DNA of 12,109 nucleotides from Pseudobacteriovorax sp. (GTDB taxonomy: Bacteria; Bdellovibrionota_B; Oligoflexia; Oligoflexales; Oligoflexaceae): the NCBI GenBank assembly GCA_050293845.1, contig JBNKNM010000175.1, forward strand, positions 1 through 12,109, given 5' to 3'. The translations under genes and the position numbers were made by a program. The first letter of the stretch is position 1; every line of letters starts with the position of its first letter. The notes under the pieces are model-generated. The model was not told where the DNA came from. It ran no database searches and saw nothing but the letters and a program-made list of their open reading frames with translations. Of this stretch, positions 1 through 8,095 are shown in pieces.

Positions 1-265
1 GGGGGTCTGAAAATCCAGAAACATGCCCAGATGTTTCCCAAACCTTGGGATGCATGATAATAGAAGCATCAAATCCAGCGATATTCTCCCTTTCAGTGAC
101 CATAGATCGCCACCACTCTCCGGCGATATTCTTTTTGAGCTCCACACCTAGGGGGCCATAATCATATGAGGATTTTAACCCACCATATATTTCACTACTT
201 TGAAACACAAAGCCTCTTCGTTTACAAAGAGATACAATTTTTGTCATTAAGTCTAGTTGGCTCAA
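1..265 (-). CDS. glyQS: Glycine--tRNA ligase, homodimeric alpha2 type; 5' part only, runs off the left edge
   Basis: Manual minus-strand translation: (M)[87 protein letters not shown]. This is the characteristic N-terminus of alpha2 GlyRS. The start is TTG at 265 (GGGG upstream) or ATG at 247. Confidence 0.95.
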   Translation of the reverse strand, partial: MSQLDLMTKIVSLCKRRGFVFQSSEIYGGLKSSYDYGPLGVELKKNIAGEWWRSMVTERENIAGFDASIIMHPKVWETSGHVSGFSDP

Positions 266-406
266 CTTGGACCCCGTTGCGGATGTTTATATTGACTGCC
301 AGCTGTTTTGCTGTACGAACACGAAAAGATAGAACTTTATCCATGAATACTCAACATCTAAGTCAAGGGAAATTGATCAATAAGAATTTCTTTTGAAGGG
401 GGCAGA

Positions 407-1327
407 TTACCCTAATAGGGAAAGAGCGATCTGGGGTGAAGCATTGGCTTGGGAAAGAACTGAAGCTCCGGCTTGCTGGATAATAGTATTTTGCGTCAAT
501 TCCGCCGCAGCAGCCGCAAAATCAGTATCAGCAAATCGGCTTTGGGAAGCAGCTAGGTTCTCCCTATGAATTGCTAGGCTATTATCGGCGCTGTCCAAAC
601 GATTTTGAATCGACCCTAAATAGGCACGGTAGGAGCTAACGTCGGTCATGGCCTGATCTAAACGGGAAATAGACAACTGGGCGTCTTCGCGCGAATCGAC
701 ACGAGTGCGGTCATCGTTGTCGCTAGCACCAATATTTATTTTGTTGGCATAGGTTTCCATTTTGCTGAGATCGATCCGGATGATATTAACAGGGTTGTCA
801 TTATCCAAGCTGTCGGCATGGGGCAAGTAATCTTTGCCAACCTGAATCTCCAAAGGTGATTCATTGTGATTAGACATATAGAGACCATCGGGAGAGAATT
901 CCTGGCTACCGACCAGTAGGCGGGTACCATTGAATTCAGTAGTACTGGCGATGCGATCTATTTCGTCTTGTAAAGCTTCATATTCTAGTTGAATTAACTG
1001 GCGCTCTTGTTGGCCAATAGTATCGGATGCTGATTGAATGGCAAGCTCCCTCAGCCTATGGATCATTTTTGTGGTTTCTACAAGACCACCTTCAGCGGTT
1101 TGTACGATAGACACCCCATCCTGTCCGTTGCGCTGCGCTTGCTGAAACGAACGTTGGTGAGCGCTCATCTTGGTATTCATTCCCATCCCAGCAGCATCGT
1201 CAGCAGCCTTATTGATGCGGCTTCCCGATGCTAGAGTAGCGCTTGTATCGACAATGCGCTGGGAAGACTCTGCAAGCTGCCGTTGTGCACGAAGCGATGC
1301 GATATTGGTCCTGATCCTGAGCCCCAA
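407..1327 (-). CDS. fliC: Flagellin (306 aa, short variable region)
   Basis: N-terminal MGLRIRTNIASL...SGSRINKAADDAAG...NGQDGVSIVQTAEGGL...RLRELAIQSA; C-terminal RAYLGSIQNRL...SRFADTDFA...QAGASVLSQANASPQIALSLLG. TTG start with a GGAGG SD. Confidence 0.97.
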   Translation of the reverse strand: MGLRIRTNIASLRAQRQLAESSQRIVDTSATLASGSRINKAADDAAGMGMNTKMSAHQRSFQQAQRNGQDGVSIVQTAEGGLVETTKMIHRLRELAIQSASDTIGQQERQLIQLEYEALQDEIDRIASTTEFNGTRLLVGSQEFSPDGLYMSNHNESPLEIQVGKDYLPHADSLDNDNPVNIIRIDLSKMETYANKINIGASDNDDRTRVDSREDAQLSISRLDQAMTDVSSYRAYLGSIQNRLDSADNSLAIHRENLAASQSRFADTDFAAAAAELTQNTIIQQAGASVLSQANASPQIALSLLG

Positions 1328-1365
1328 AATGCCCTCCCTGGAGTTGTCACCGTTACTTAGGCTGT

Positions 1366-1392
1366 CTTTCGGTTTTTGAGATTATCAATTGA
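1366..1392 (-). promoter_or_regulatory. Putative sigma28 (FliA) promoter of the flagellin
   Basis: Minus strand reads TCAA-N15-ACCGAAAG (consensus TAAA-N15-GCCGATAA) with exact spacing, in the 69-bp gap upstream of the flagellin. Confidence 0.6.
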
Positions 1393-1396
1393 GAAA

Positions 1397-2548
1397 TTAT
1401 TTCCTAGTTGGATTAGGTTTAAGGACAGATCTGTACACTGCAAGATTACTTGCTACCATGGATTCTACGGAAAACTCTTCCTTAATGTGTTTTTTTGCTT
1501 GAAAGACTAATTTTTCTCGGAGGTTTCGGTTTTCGATCAATAGCTTTAGATTTTGGCAGAGTGTATCGCTATCTCCCACAGGCGAGAGTAGGCCTGTATG
1601 TTGGTGCAGAATGATTTCAGGAATGCCACCAACATTGCTTGCCGCTACAGCACAGCCTCCATGTATGGCATCAAGAATACTGGTACCCAAGCCCTCAAAA
1701 TTTGAAGGAAAGGCAAAGATATCGGCTGCAGATAGCAGGAAGTGGGTATCTTTACGAATGCCCAAGAATTTCACCTGGTCTTTCGTTAGTGCCAATGATT
1801 GGGCAAGGGTTTTAAGGGATTCGTGCAGCTCTCCATCACCTGCTAGTAAACAGATAAAAGGCACCCCTTGATCTCTCAGCTTCCCTAGGGCATGGATCAG
1901 AGTTGGAATGCCTTTTTGAGGGGTGTGGTAGGCAACATTGATAAGCAGAGGGATGTTGGGATTGATTTGCAGCTCCACGGCAAGTTTTTGTCGGCAAATA
2001 GCAGCATCTAGCTCTCTGAAAGATGTATCATCAGTAGCACTTCTTACGGTCGTTATTCGTGTGGGAGGAATACCATAATCAAGTAGAATTTCACTAATGG
2101 CTTTGGAAATAGGAATATACTTATCTATGGTAGAGCTGAGATATTTGCGTTTGTTGAAGTATCCATCACCTGGCTTAAAGTCTACGCGACGATGAACAAT
2201 TAGAGCCAGAGAAGGGTAGAAAAACTTTATTAACAAACCTAAATTGTGCGCCTTGGAGCTTTGGCAATCTATGATGTTAATGTCCTCTTGCCGGCAAAAG
2301 TTCGCAAGTTGGCGTGCTGTGGATATAATTTGAGGGAAGTTGAACTTTGCAGGAATAATCTTTGCTATACCAATAAGTTTTTTGCTTGCCACACTATCCG
2401 GAGGGCTTGCTAAAAAGGACTGGGCCTCAAGAGCACTACCCTTAATGAATAGTGCCATCTGATTCTCTCCACCTCGCCAGGTTTTTTCAGAGTCAAGGTG
2501 TAGGACCTTAATCATATTCTGTTGATGCAGCATTGCTGTAACCTCCAT
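1397..2548 (-). CDS. GT-B fold glycosyltransferase, family GT4 (RfaB/WaaG-like)
   Basis: Motifs KVLHLDSEKTWRGGENQ, KGIPTLIHA, GDGEL, FLGIRKD and ADIFAFPSNFEGLGTSILDAIHGGCAVAASNVGGIPEII (GT4 E-x7-E/D motif). The true start may be a few codons downstream. Confidence 0.92.
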   Translation of the reverse strand: MEVTAMLHQQNMIKVLHLDSEKTWRGGENQMALFIKGSALEAQSFLASPPDSVASKKLIGIAKIIPAKFNFPQIISTARQLANFCRQEDINIIDCQSSKAHNLGLLIKFFYPSLALIVHRRVDFKPGDGYFNKRKYLSSTIDKYIPISKAISEILLDYGIPPTRITTVRSATDDTSFRELDAAICRQKLAVELQINPNIPLLINVAYHTPQKGIPTLIHALGKLRDQGVPFICLLAGDGELHESLKTLAQSLALTKDQVKFLGIRKDTHFLLSAADIFAFPSNFEGLGTSILDAIHGGCAVAASNVGGIPEIILHQHTGLLSPVGDSDTLCQNLKLLIENRNLREKLVFQAKKHIKEEFSVESMVASNLAVYRSVLKPNPTRK

Positions 2549-2735
2549 CGCTTTGGAATGTATTCCTACAATGAATTGGACTGGCTTTCATCTATTTTTG
2601 AGCTTATCGCTGGAATTCTCGGCCTATAACGTCATTAGTGGATATGATTGCAGGTCCCACTCTGATTCATCTAGCTAAAGACCTGGAATCCATGGTAAAA
2701 ATATTATAACGCTTTTTTTGAACGGAGGGTTCCTC

Positions 2736-3296
2736 ATGAAAGTCTTGGGTATACTTACTTTTTTGGCTGGGTTTGTATTTTGTTCACAGGGTTATGCTCT
2801 CATTGAAGGGCAAGTGCTGGTAGGTCAGAGATCGGCTTCTATCTCGAGCCCGGGAACGAGTTACGATATGACCGGTATGGAAACAAAAATGTCCGTATAT
2901 GTTGATCCTATCCCTCTAATCCCGGTAGGAGCAGGCCTTAGTTTTTCTACAATTGATTTGGGAAAAGAAGATTCACAACAGATTTCAGGTTTTAAAGGTT
3001 CAGAGATTTCGTTGGACCTCACTGCCTGGCTTCCATTAGGTATTGCCGGTTTCAAGCCTTATGCAAAATTAGGATATGTCATTTCTGGTGAATATACAGC
3101 TACAGTTAATAATGTAGATACTACTTTTGACTCCAGCGGTACAAAGGCGAGTGCTGGAGTCAAATATTCGCCATTACCATTTATTTCCGTCATGCTTGAA
3201 GTAGAAAAGTCAACAATTACATTAAAACCGGAAAACGGAAGTGATAGTGAAAGCGATAATCTTAGTGTCTTCCTCGGAGTGGCTGCCGGAATTTAA
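2736..3296 (+). CDS. Small outer-membrane beta-barrel protein (probably 8-stranded)
   Basis: ATG at 2736 follows a GGAGG SD. Signal peptide MKVLGILTFLAGFVFCSQGYA, alternating amphipathic strands (KPYAKLGY, ASAGVKY, SVMLEVE) and a C-terminal strand SVFLGVAAGI. Confidence 0.75.
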   Translation: MKVLGILTFLAGFVFCSQGYALIEGQVLVGQRSASISSPGTSYDMTGMETKMSVYVDPIPLIPVGAGLSFSTIDLGKEDSQQISGFKGSEISLDLTAWLPLGIAGFKPYAKLGYVISGEYTATVNNVDTTFDSSGTKASAGVKYSPLPFISVMLEVEKSTITLKPENGSDSESDNLSVFLGVAAGI

Positions 3297-3299
3297 ACA

Positions 3300-3342
3300 A
3301 AAAAGTTATGAAAATTCTGTAAATATTCTATTATAACTTTTT
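3300..3342 (+). terminator. AT-rich inverted repeat right after the beta-barrel gene (possible terminator or operator)
   Basis: AAAAAGTTAT (3300-3309) and ATAACTTTTT (3333-3342) form perfect 10-bp arms. The stem is weak and AT-rich. Confidence 0.3.
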
Positions 3343-3391
3343 AATATTATTCATGATAATGGTATTTAGCTGAAAGGAACTATTTCTGATC

Positions 3392-3418
3392 TAAAGCTAG
3401 CAGTAAGATTTCCGATGC
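3392..3418 (+). promoter_or_regulatory. Putative sigma28 (FliA) promoter
   Basis: TAAAGCTA-N11-TCCGATGC, i.e. TAAA-N15-TCCGATGC with canonical spacing, about 30 nt before the ATG at 3451. Confidence 0.6.
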
Positions 3419-3450
3419 ATTCTTTGTCTTAAATGGTAGGAGAAACTTTT

Positions 3451-3711
3451 ATGGCTAAGACATCGTTTGCAAGGGAAAGAAATTTAAGGAAGGAAAGAAA
3501 TACAGACGTCATTCGTAGAATGAGGAATGGGGATCAATTATCAAGCTTCAACAGCTATTCAAGTTGGTTTCCCCCGCGACCGGTGGTCGAAAAAGATACA
3601 GATGCAGTAAAAAAATTATATGGCCAAGCACCGCGGCCTATACGCAATGTGAAACCGGTTAAGAAAAATGATAGTGTCCGAGAAGAAATCCATAAACTGC
3701 GACTTGCATAA
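3451..3711 (+). CDS. Small basic hypothetical protein (86 aa, Arg/Lys-rich)
   Basis: AGGAG SD before ATG 3451, an upstream promoter motif and a downstream terminator hairpin define a complete transcription unit. No recognisable domain. Confidence 0.75.
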   Translation: MAKTSFARERNLRKERNTDVIRRMRNGDQLSSFNSYSSWFPPRPVVEKDTDAVKKLYGQAPRPIRNVKPVKKNDSVREEIHKLRLA

Positions 3712-3736
3712 TAAAGCTCATACGTTTTTTTAGGTA

Positions 3737-3779
3737 AAAGGCAGGGTGAGTACGCTCTGCCTTTCCGCTTTTCTCTTTT
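3737..3779 (+). terminator. Probable intrinsic terminator
   Basis: Hairpin AAAGGCAGGGTG-AGTA-CGCTCTGCCTTT (12 bp including two G-U pairs) followed by T-rich CCGCTTTTCTCTTTT. Confidence 0.7.
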
Positions 3780-3813
3780 GTTCCAAAAATTTTTAAGTCT
3801 TCCTAAAATTTTA

Positions 3814-3841
3814 TCAAGAATGACCAAAATTATACCGATAT
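3814..3841 (+). promoter_or_regulatory. Possible sigma28-like promoter of the PilZ gene
   Basis: TCAAG...ACCGATAT. The -10 box is good, but the spacing is 16 rather than the canonical 15. Confidence 0.4.
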
Positions 3842-3880
3842 TCCCACAAGCTGGGCCCAGCTAGCTTTGAGGAGTATTGG

Positions 3881-4582
3881 ATGAGTATCGTGAATCTAGA
3901 TAAATCTCTAGGAAGTTTAAGGTGCGTGGCTTCCAATGAATTAATTGAATACGAGCCTTATGAGTTTTCGCAGCGATGTATCGGTATTCTCTCCCCCATC
4001 CCCATGGTGCTTGGTAGTGTTTTAGTATTAGATTCCCATAGGAACGGAGATTTATGTTTTAAAATTGCCAATAAACAGAGACAGGGAGACCTATTTCGCT
4101 ATCGACTCGTATTAGATATGGATGGCAATTTGGCTAAACAGCTTGATATTGACACTCGGTCAGGAAAGTTAAAATACGAAAGGCAAAATAATCGGTTACA
4201 GTATGCTCGTTTTACAATTGAACCTCAGTTCTATGTTTATACGAGAACATTTGGATCTACGGATAATTATGTTTTAAAGGGTGTCGATGTTTCTAAGTCG
4301 GGGATTCTTCTTTGTGCACCTAAACCTTACGGAGTCATTCCTTTCATCGAGCAAACACTTCTGGAGATTAAACTTGACCTAGGTTCAAAGCTGTCTTCTC
4401 AATCTATAGAACCTTTGGGTAAAGTGGTGCGCATCTATTCTGAAGGCTTAGGCAATCAACGGATCAAGTATATAGGCGTGAAATTTGTAGATTTCGCATC
4501 GAATGATTGGGAAGCATGGAACAAAGCTTTGGAAACAATTGAGAAAACTTCCATTGCTGACATCCATCAGATTGCTGCTTGA
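3881..4582 (+). CDS. PilZ-domain protein (C-terminal PilZ, possible degenerate N-terminal PilZ-like half)
   Basis: GAGGAG SD. Arg-rich switch region RQNNRLQYARF followed by DVSKSG (D/NxSxxG), then GKVVR and YIGVKFVDF, typical of PilZ barrels. Confidence 0.8.
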   Translation: MSIVNLDKSLGSLRCVASNELIEYEPYEFSQRCIGILSPIPMVLGSVLVLDSHRNGDLCFKIANKQRQGDLFRYRLVLDMDGNLAKQLDIDTRSGKLKYERQNNRLQYARFTIEPQFYVYTRTFGSTDNYVLKGVDVSKSGILLCAPKPYGVIPFIEQTLLEIKLDLGSKLSSQSIEPLGKVVRIYSEGLGNQRIKYIGVKFVDFASNDWEAWNKALETIEKTSIADIHQIAA

Positions 4583-4587
4583 AGTAG

Positions 4588-5040
4588 CATGGCGATTATT
4601 GGGTTTCCTTTTGCTACGAAGATGACTGGGACGAATCTAATCTGTTAACCTATAGGAAAATCTAAAGTATCTTCAGAGGGCTGACCGCTACTTCTTAGGG
4701 TGTCATATTGTCGGTATGGGTCGAAGGGCTGTGCGCACTGTCAAAGCTGGTGCTGCGGTATTTGATCTTACACCGGAGCAAAAGAAAGGTAAGCTTGGTC
4801 GAGAACGATACCTCAAGCGATATCAAAGAAGGCTCGCTAAGCAGAAAAAAGGATCAAAAACGGCGTTACAAAACCAAGCAAAAGATATCTTGTTGTCATC
4901 AGAAGATAGCCAACCTTCGTGAGGGCTATAGCCGTAAAATCGTCGATAATCCTCAATACAAGATTATTGTTCTAGAAGACCTTCGCATCAAGAATATGAC
5001 CGCAAATCCAAAGGCCAAGCAAACAGAAACAGGTCATTGC
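4588..5040 (+). pseudogene. tnpB: Internal fragment of an IS200/IS605-family tnpB (RNA-guided endonuclease), frameshifted and truncated at both ends
   Basis: Joining frames gives HGDYWVSFCYEDDWDESNLLT / ENLKYLQRADRYFLGCHIVGMGRRAVRTVKAG...RYLKRYQRRLAKQKKGSK / RRYKTKQKISCCHQKIANLR...KIIVLEDLRIKNMTANPKAK. This shows the WED strand, RuvC-I (VGxDRG with D changed to G), the QKKGS helix and RuvC-II (VLEDL). Frameshifts are near 4652 and in the A-run at 4856-4860. No zinc finger or RuvC-III. Confidence 0.88.
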
Positions 5041-5129
5041 GAGGGAGCAAGGAAAGAGGGAGGACGGAGCGCCAAAAGAGGGAGGAAAGAGGGAGGAAAG
5101 AGGGAGAAGAGGGAGGACGGAGCGCCAAA
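5041..5129 (+). repeat. Purine-rich tandem array of (A)AAGAGGGAGG units containing two AAGAGGGAGGACGGAGCGCCAAA motifs
   Basis: Identical 23-mers at 5054-5076 and 5107-5129, separated by AAAGAGGGAG(G) units. Confidence 0.9.
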
Positions 5130-5289
5130 GCCATGAAATGAAGCAAAAATGTTCGCAAAAAATCTACTTAGATTCCCAATACAATTTATTTTAAAAGAGG
5201 GGTAAAAGAGGGGGACGGAGAGTCAACGCTATGATATTAATCAAAAAAGCTCTCAAAAACTACTTAAATTTCCAGTACAATTTGTTTTA
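5107..5289 (+). repeat. Diverged tandem duplication (about 85-bp unit, about 99-bp period), each unit starting with the GGACGGAG motif
   Basis: 5107-5193 aligns with 5206-5289 at roughly 80% identity by hand (14 mismatches, 3 gap positions), including CTACTTA.ATT.CCA.TACAATTT.TTTTA. Confidence 0.85.
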
Positions 5290-6188
5290 GGTTAGTTTTC
5301 TTAAAAAAGGCTTTAGAAACATCAAAAAAATCAACACTTCTAGAGTAAAATAAAAGCTAGATCTCAACTTAGTCTATTAATTTATCTGAAATTGCTCCCT
5401 GACTTCCAGATTAGACGCACCTATCCACTGGTGTAGGGTGGATTCTTAGTAAAATGTGGTCGGACTTTTCAGTCGGCGATAGTGCCTGTTGTGGCATCTG
5501 AAGAATACATGGGAATATGAGTTGTCTGGCAATATCTGCTTTCTTGGATACATGATTGTAAAATTGACAGTTTTTAGGACTAGTTTCCAGGGACATTGAT
5601 TGGTTGCTACTGACTTATATCTGGCATTGATCTTGATATTGGGAAATACCGGTTTTCGACTTTACAGCTCCTGATATTCAAAACTTTTGATTAGATGGGA
5701 CTGTTTTTTTCCAAAAAACTAAATCATTAATACGGCAAAACCTCCGTAAATAGAGTTTATTACTCAACTAGCAATTTACTGATAATGAATGACATCTTAG
5801 CAATAAATACCAATTATCACGTCATCTTTAATGAGTTAAGCTGCGGAACTTTATTTATATTCATAATAACAATATATTATAATCGACCTCTTAGCAAATA
5901 AGTGTGTTAATTAATACATTTACATTTTATTTTTTATCTACTGCTCGAAGTGGGCTTTATATGGATAGAGCTTCGCATGTGGAAGCGCTCCGTTCAGAGA
6001 TACGCAAAGTAAAGAATATGTAAAAAAATATTAATTAAATTCTTACTAAAAGTAATTTATTTCCTCATTTCAAAAATCACGAATTGCCATAACACCTAGT
6101 GTGACTTTTGCTCCCATATTTTAAACTTTAGATACCTATTTCAAATCCGATGAATAATGGAGACGCTAGAAAAATAGAGGAGTGTGGC

Positions 6189-7193
6189 GTGAATCAATTA
6201 AAATTCGTTATTAAATCGGTAGTTATTCTATCTTGCCTTACCAGCTGCGGAGAAGAAGAAAAGGATAAATATGGGCAAGGAATATTTGATTTTGATTCGA
6301 CAGCTATCGTTAATGAGTCTACACCATCACAACTACAAACAGCGGCTGCATTGACACAAAGTACCCCTGATGAAATTACCCAATTGCGAGACCGACTTTA
6401 TGTCACTGAAGCTGCTAACTCGATCCCCAATATGATCGAGTCGTTTCAAGCAAGAGTTGATGAGTTGAACGAGCGAACAGCTGGCTACGATATTGATGCC
6501 GTCCCTGTTTGTATCAATGAGACTGCAACAGACGAGACCATTACAACTCCTGATGGAAAATCCTTCGACTTCAAGGTGCAATGTTACGAAGAATTGAGCG
6601 AAGGCACATTTATGATATGGGGAAAAGACGATGCCGGTGTCAGTTATATATATGAAAGAGGAACTGTCACCGCTTCCGTGGTCAAGGTTACCCCTGTTGA
6701 TGACAACAGTAGTATTTTCAACGGATATCTTTCTCTTTTCAGTGAAACTCCAAATGAAGCTGGCACTATTGTACATATCGTCGCCAATCAATCGACTACA
6801 ACCGTACAGGCTAACCTGGTTGCCTCACATGAAGTCTGTGGAGTAAGCATGTTTGCTAGCAAAGAAAAAATTCACTTTAGGGGCAGTATTAGTACGGGAA
6901 CGGCAAATTCTTGCCCCGAGGAAGGTGATTTTGTGTTTAATGCTGCTGACCTTTCTGCATCCACAGGCTTTGATGAAAGCTTGTTATTCGATGATGATTT
7001 CTTTATGAAGCGCACCGCTGGTAACAAACTAGTCAATGGCTCAGTTCAAGAATATGAAGAGTATGAAAATACAAGTGGAGCAGGAAATGTAACTTTGAGT
7101 TACAATGCCGATCCAACTGTAAGCGATACAGATGTCAACTTTGGTCCTTCCACGGCTTCAGCTCTAGGAGGTAAAGAATATATTTCTCAATAA
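6189..7193 (+). CDS. Hypothetical lipoprotein (acidic, several Cys)
   Basis: Long open frame. GTG at 6189 follows a GAGGAG SD. The signal peptide ends in the lipobox LTSC (KFVIKSVVILSCLTSC-GEEEK). No recognisable domain. Confidence 0.8.
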   Translation: MNQLKFVIKSVVILSCLTSCGEEEKDKYGQGIFDFDSTAIVNESTPSQLQTAAALTQSTPDEITQLRDRLYVTEAANSIPNMIESFQARVDELNERTAGYDIDAVPVCINETATDETITTPDGKSFDFKVQCYEELSEGTFMIWGKDDAGVSYIYERGTVTASVVKVTPVDDNSSIFNGYLSLFSETPNEAGTIVHIVANQSTTTVQANLVASHEVCGVSMFASKEKIHFRGSISTGTANSCPEEGDFVFNAADLSASTGFDESLLFDDDFFMKRTAGNKLVNGSVQEYEEYENTSGAGNVTLSYNADPTVSDTDVNFGPSTASALGGKEYISQ

Positions 7194-7260
7194 ATAATGC
7201 GCCGACGAACGAGTATATTCAAATTTTACCCTTTCATAAACGATTGTAGGTATTTCTTTT

Positions 7261-7890
7261 TCAGCTGTAACGATTAAGAATATTGATGGGAACATCTCTG
7301 ATTTATAATACAGAGAGTTTTACATAAGAAGGTTTTTATCAAGTGGAATATATTTTAGCACCGATTCAAATGATAATACTTGGGTCAAGGTTGAATTAGA
7401 GAATCTTCCTAGAATTATTTGTTTTAGCAAGAAATCGTACAGGTGCAAAACTTATCCTAGATGACCTTAAGGGCCGAGCGTTAGTGCTTGACACATCCCT
7501 TTACAGCAAACATTTTTTAAGAAATGAATGGATTACTGAGGTTCCGGAATCCATCAAAGCCTGTAAAGGCTTTATCTCCAAGAAAAGGTACCTATGGCAT
7601 AAGACTGTCCATAACTACAAATAGTTCAAAGTTGTATCAAAGTATGGTGGTCGCAAAACAATTCTGGATTGTCATTTGTAATATAGTGTCTAGTTTTAAG
7701 GATCAGGATGTCTTTAAAAATCAGCTTGATAGATAGAAAATTATACTTAAAAAGGAAGATAAAGACACTACAGTCAATTCTTTTCATGGATAAAATGGAT
7801 GTTGATATTGAGCTTAAGTCCATAAGAGAAAAGTTTCCCAATTTTAAAATCAATGGCGGGATCATTGTGATGATTTTGATATCGACATGA
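7261..7890 (+). pseudogene. Probable degraded gene of unknown function
   Basis: Successive overlapping plus-strand open stretches in different frames with protein-like composition (YREFYIRRFLSSGIYFSTDSNDNTWVKVELENLP; RNRTGAKLILDDLKGRALVLDTSLYSKHFLRNEWITEVPESIKACKGF; LQSILFMDKMDVDIELKSIREKFPNFKING), interrupted by stops. Family not recognised. Confidence 0.3.
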
Positions 7891-8050
7891 GGAATATCTG
7901 TAACGATCCTCCTTGATCGCTTAAGATATTTACATCCATTGTTTAATTATGGCAAAGTTGACTACGGGGAAAAATTGTTATATTTAAATCGAACTGGTGT
8001 AAGTACAACGTAGCAGATCTAATAGGGAATAAGGATTGTAGACAGTTTCA

Positions 8051-8074
8051 TCCCGGGCTGAATCCAGCCCAGGA
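8051..8074 (-). terminator. GC-rich hairpin downstream of the porin gene (terminator or 3' stabiliser)
   Basis: Minus strand TCCTGGGCTG-GATT-CAGCCCGGGA, a 10-bp stem with one U-G pair, about 20 nt after the porin stop. No clear U-tract. Confidence 0.5.
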
Positions 8075-8095
8075 CAAATGCATGGTTTTTAGATA

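Noticed and set aside
166..396. 76-aa plus-strand ORF
   Set aside because: Overlaps the glyQS 5' end and upstream region on the opposite strand and has no protein-like features.
4982..4994. 13-mer TTCGCATCAAGAA shared with 11940-11952, both upstream of GA arrays
   Set aside because: About one 13-nt match is expected by chance in 12 kb. The offsets to the arrays differ, and one copy is tnpB coding sequence (LRIKN).
4708..5136. 142-aa and 68-aa ORFs as real genes
   Set aside because: They are two frames of the broken tnpB. The EGARKEGGRS... tail is just the translated GA array.
5041..5226. CRISPR array (repeated ~21-23-nt motif beside an RNA-guided nuclease relic)
   Set aside because: The intervening sequences are repeat units or a duplicated tail rather than unique spacers, spacing is irregular (53 and 99 nt), and there are no cas genes.
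5411..5596. 61-aa minus-strand ORF
   Set aside because: No SD and no recognisable motif. It may be part of a decayed gene but cannot be supported.
5731..5765. Possible c-di-GMP-I riboswitch (GGCAAAACC...)
   Set aside because: Only a short TACGG/CCGTA hairpin is present. The GNRA/receptor architecture and second stem are missing.
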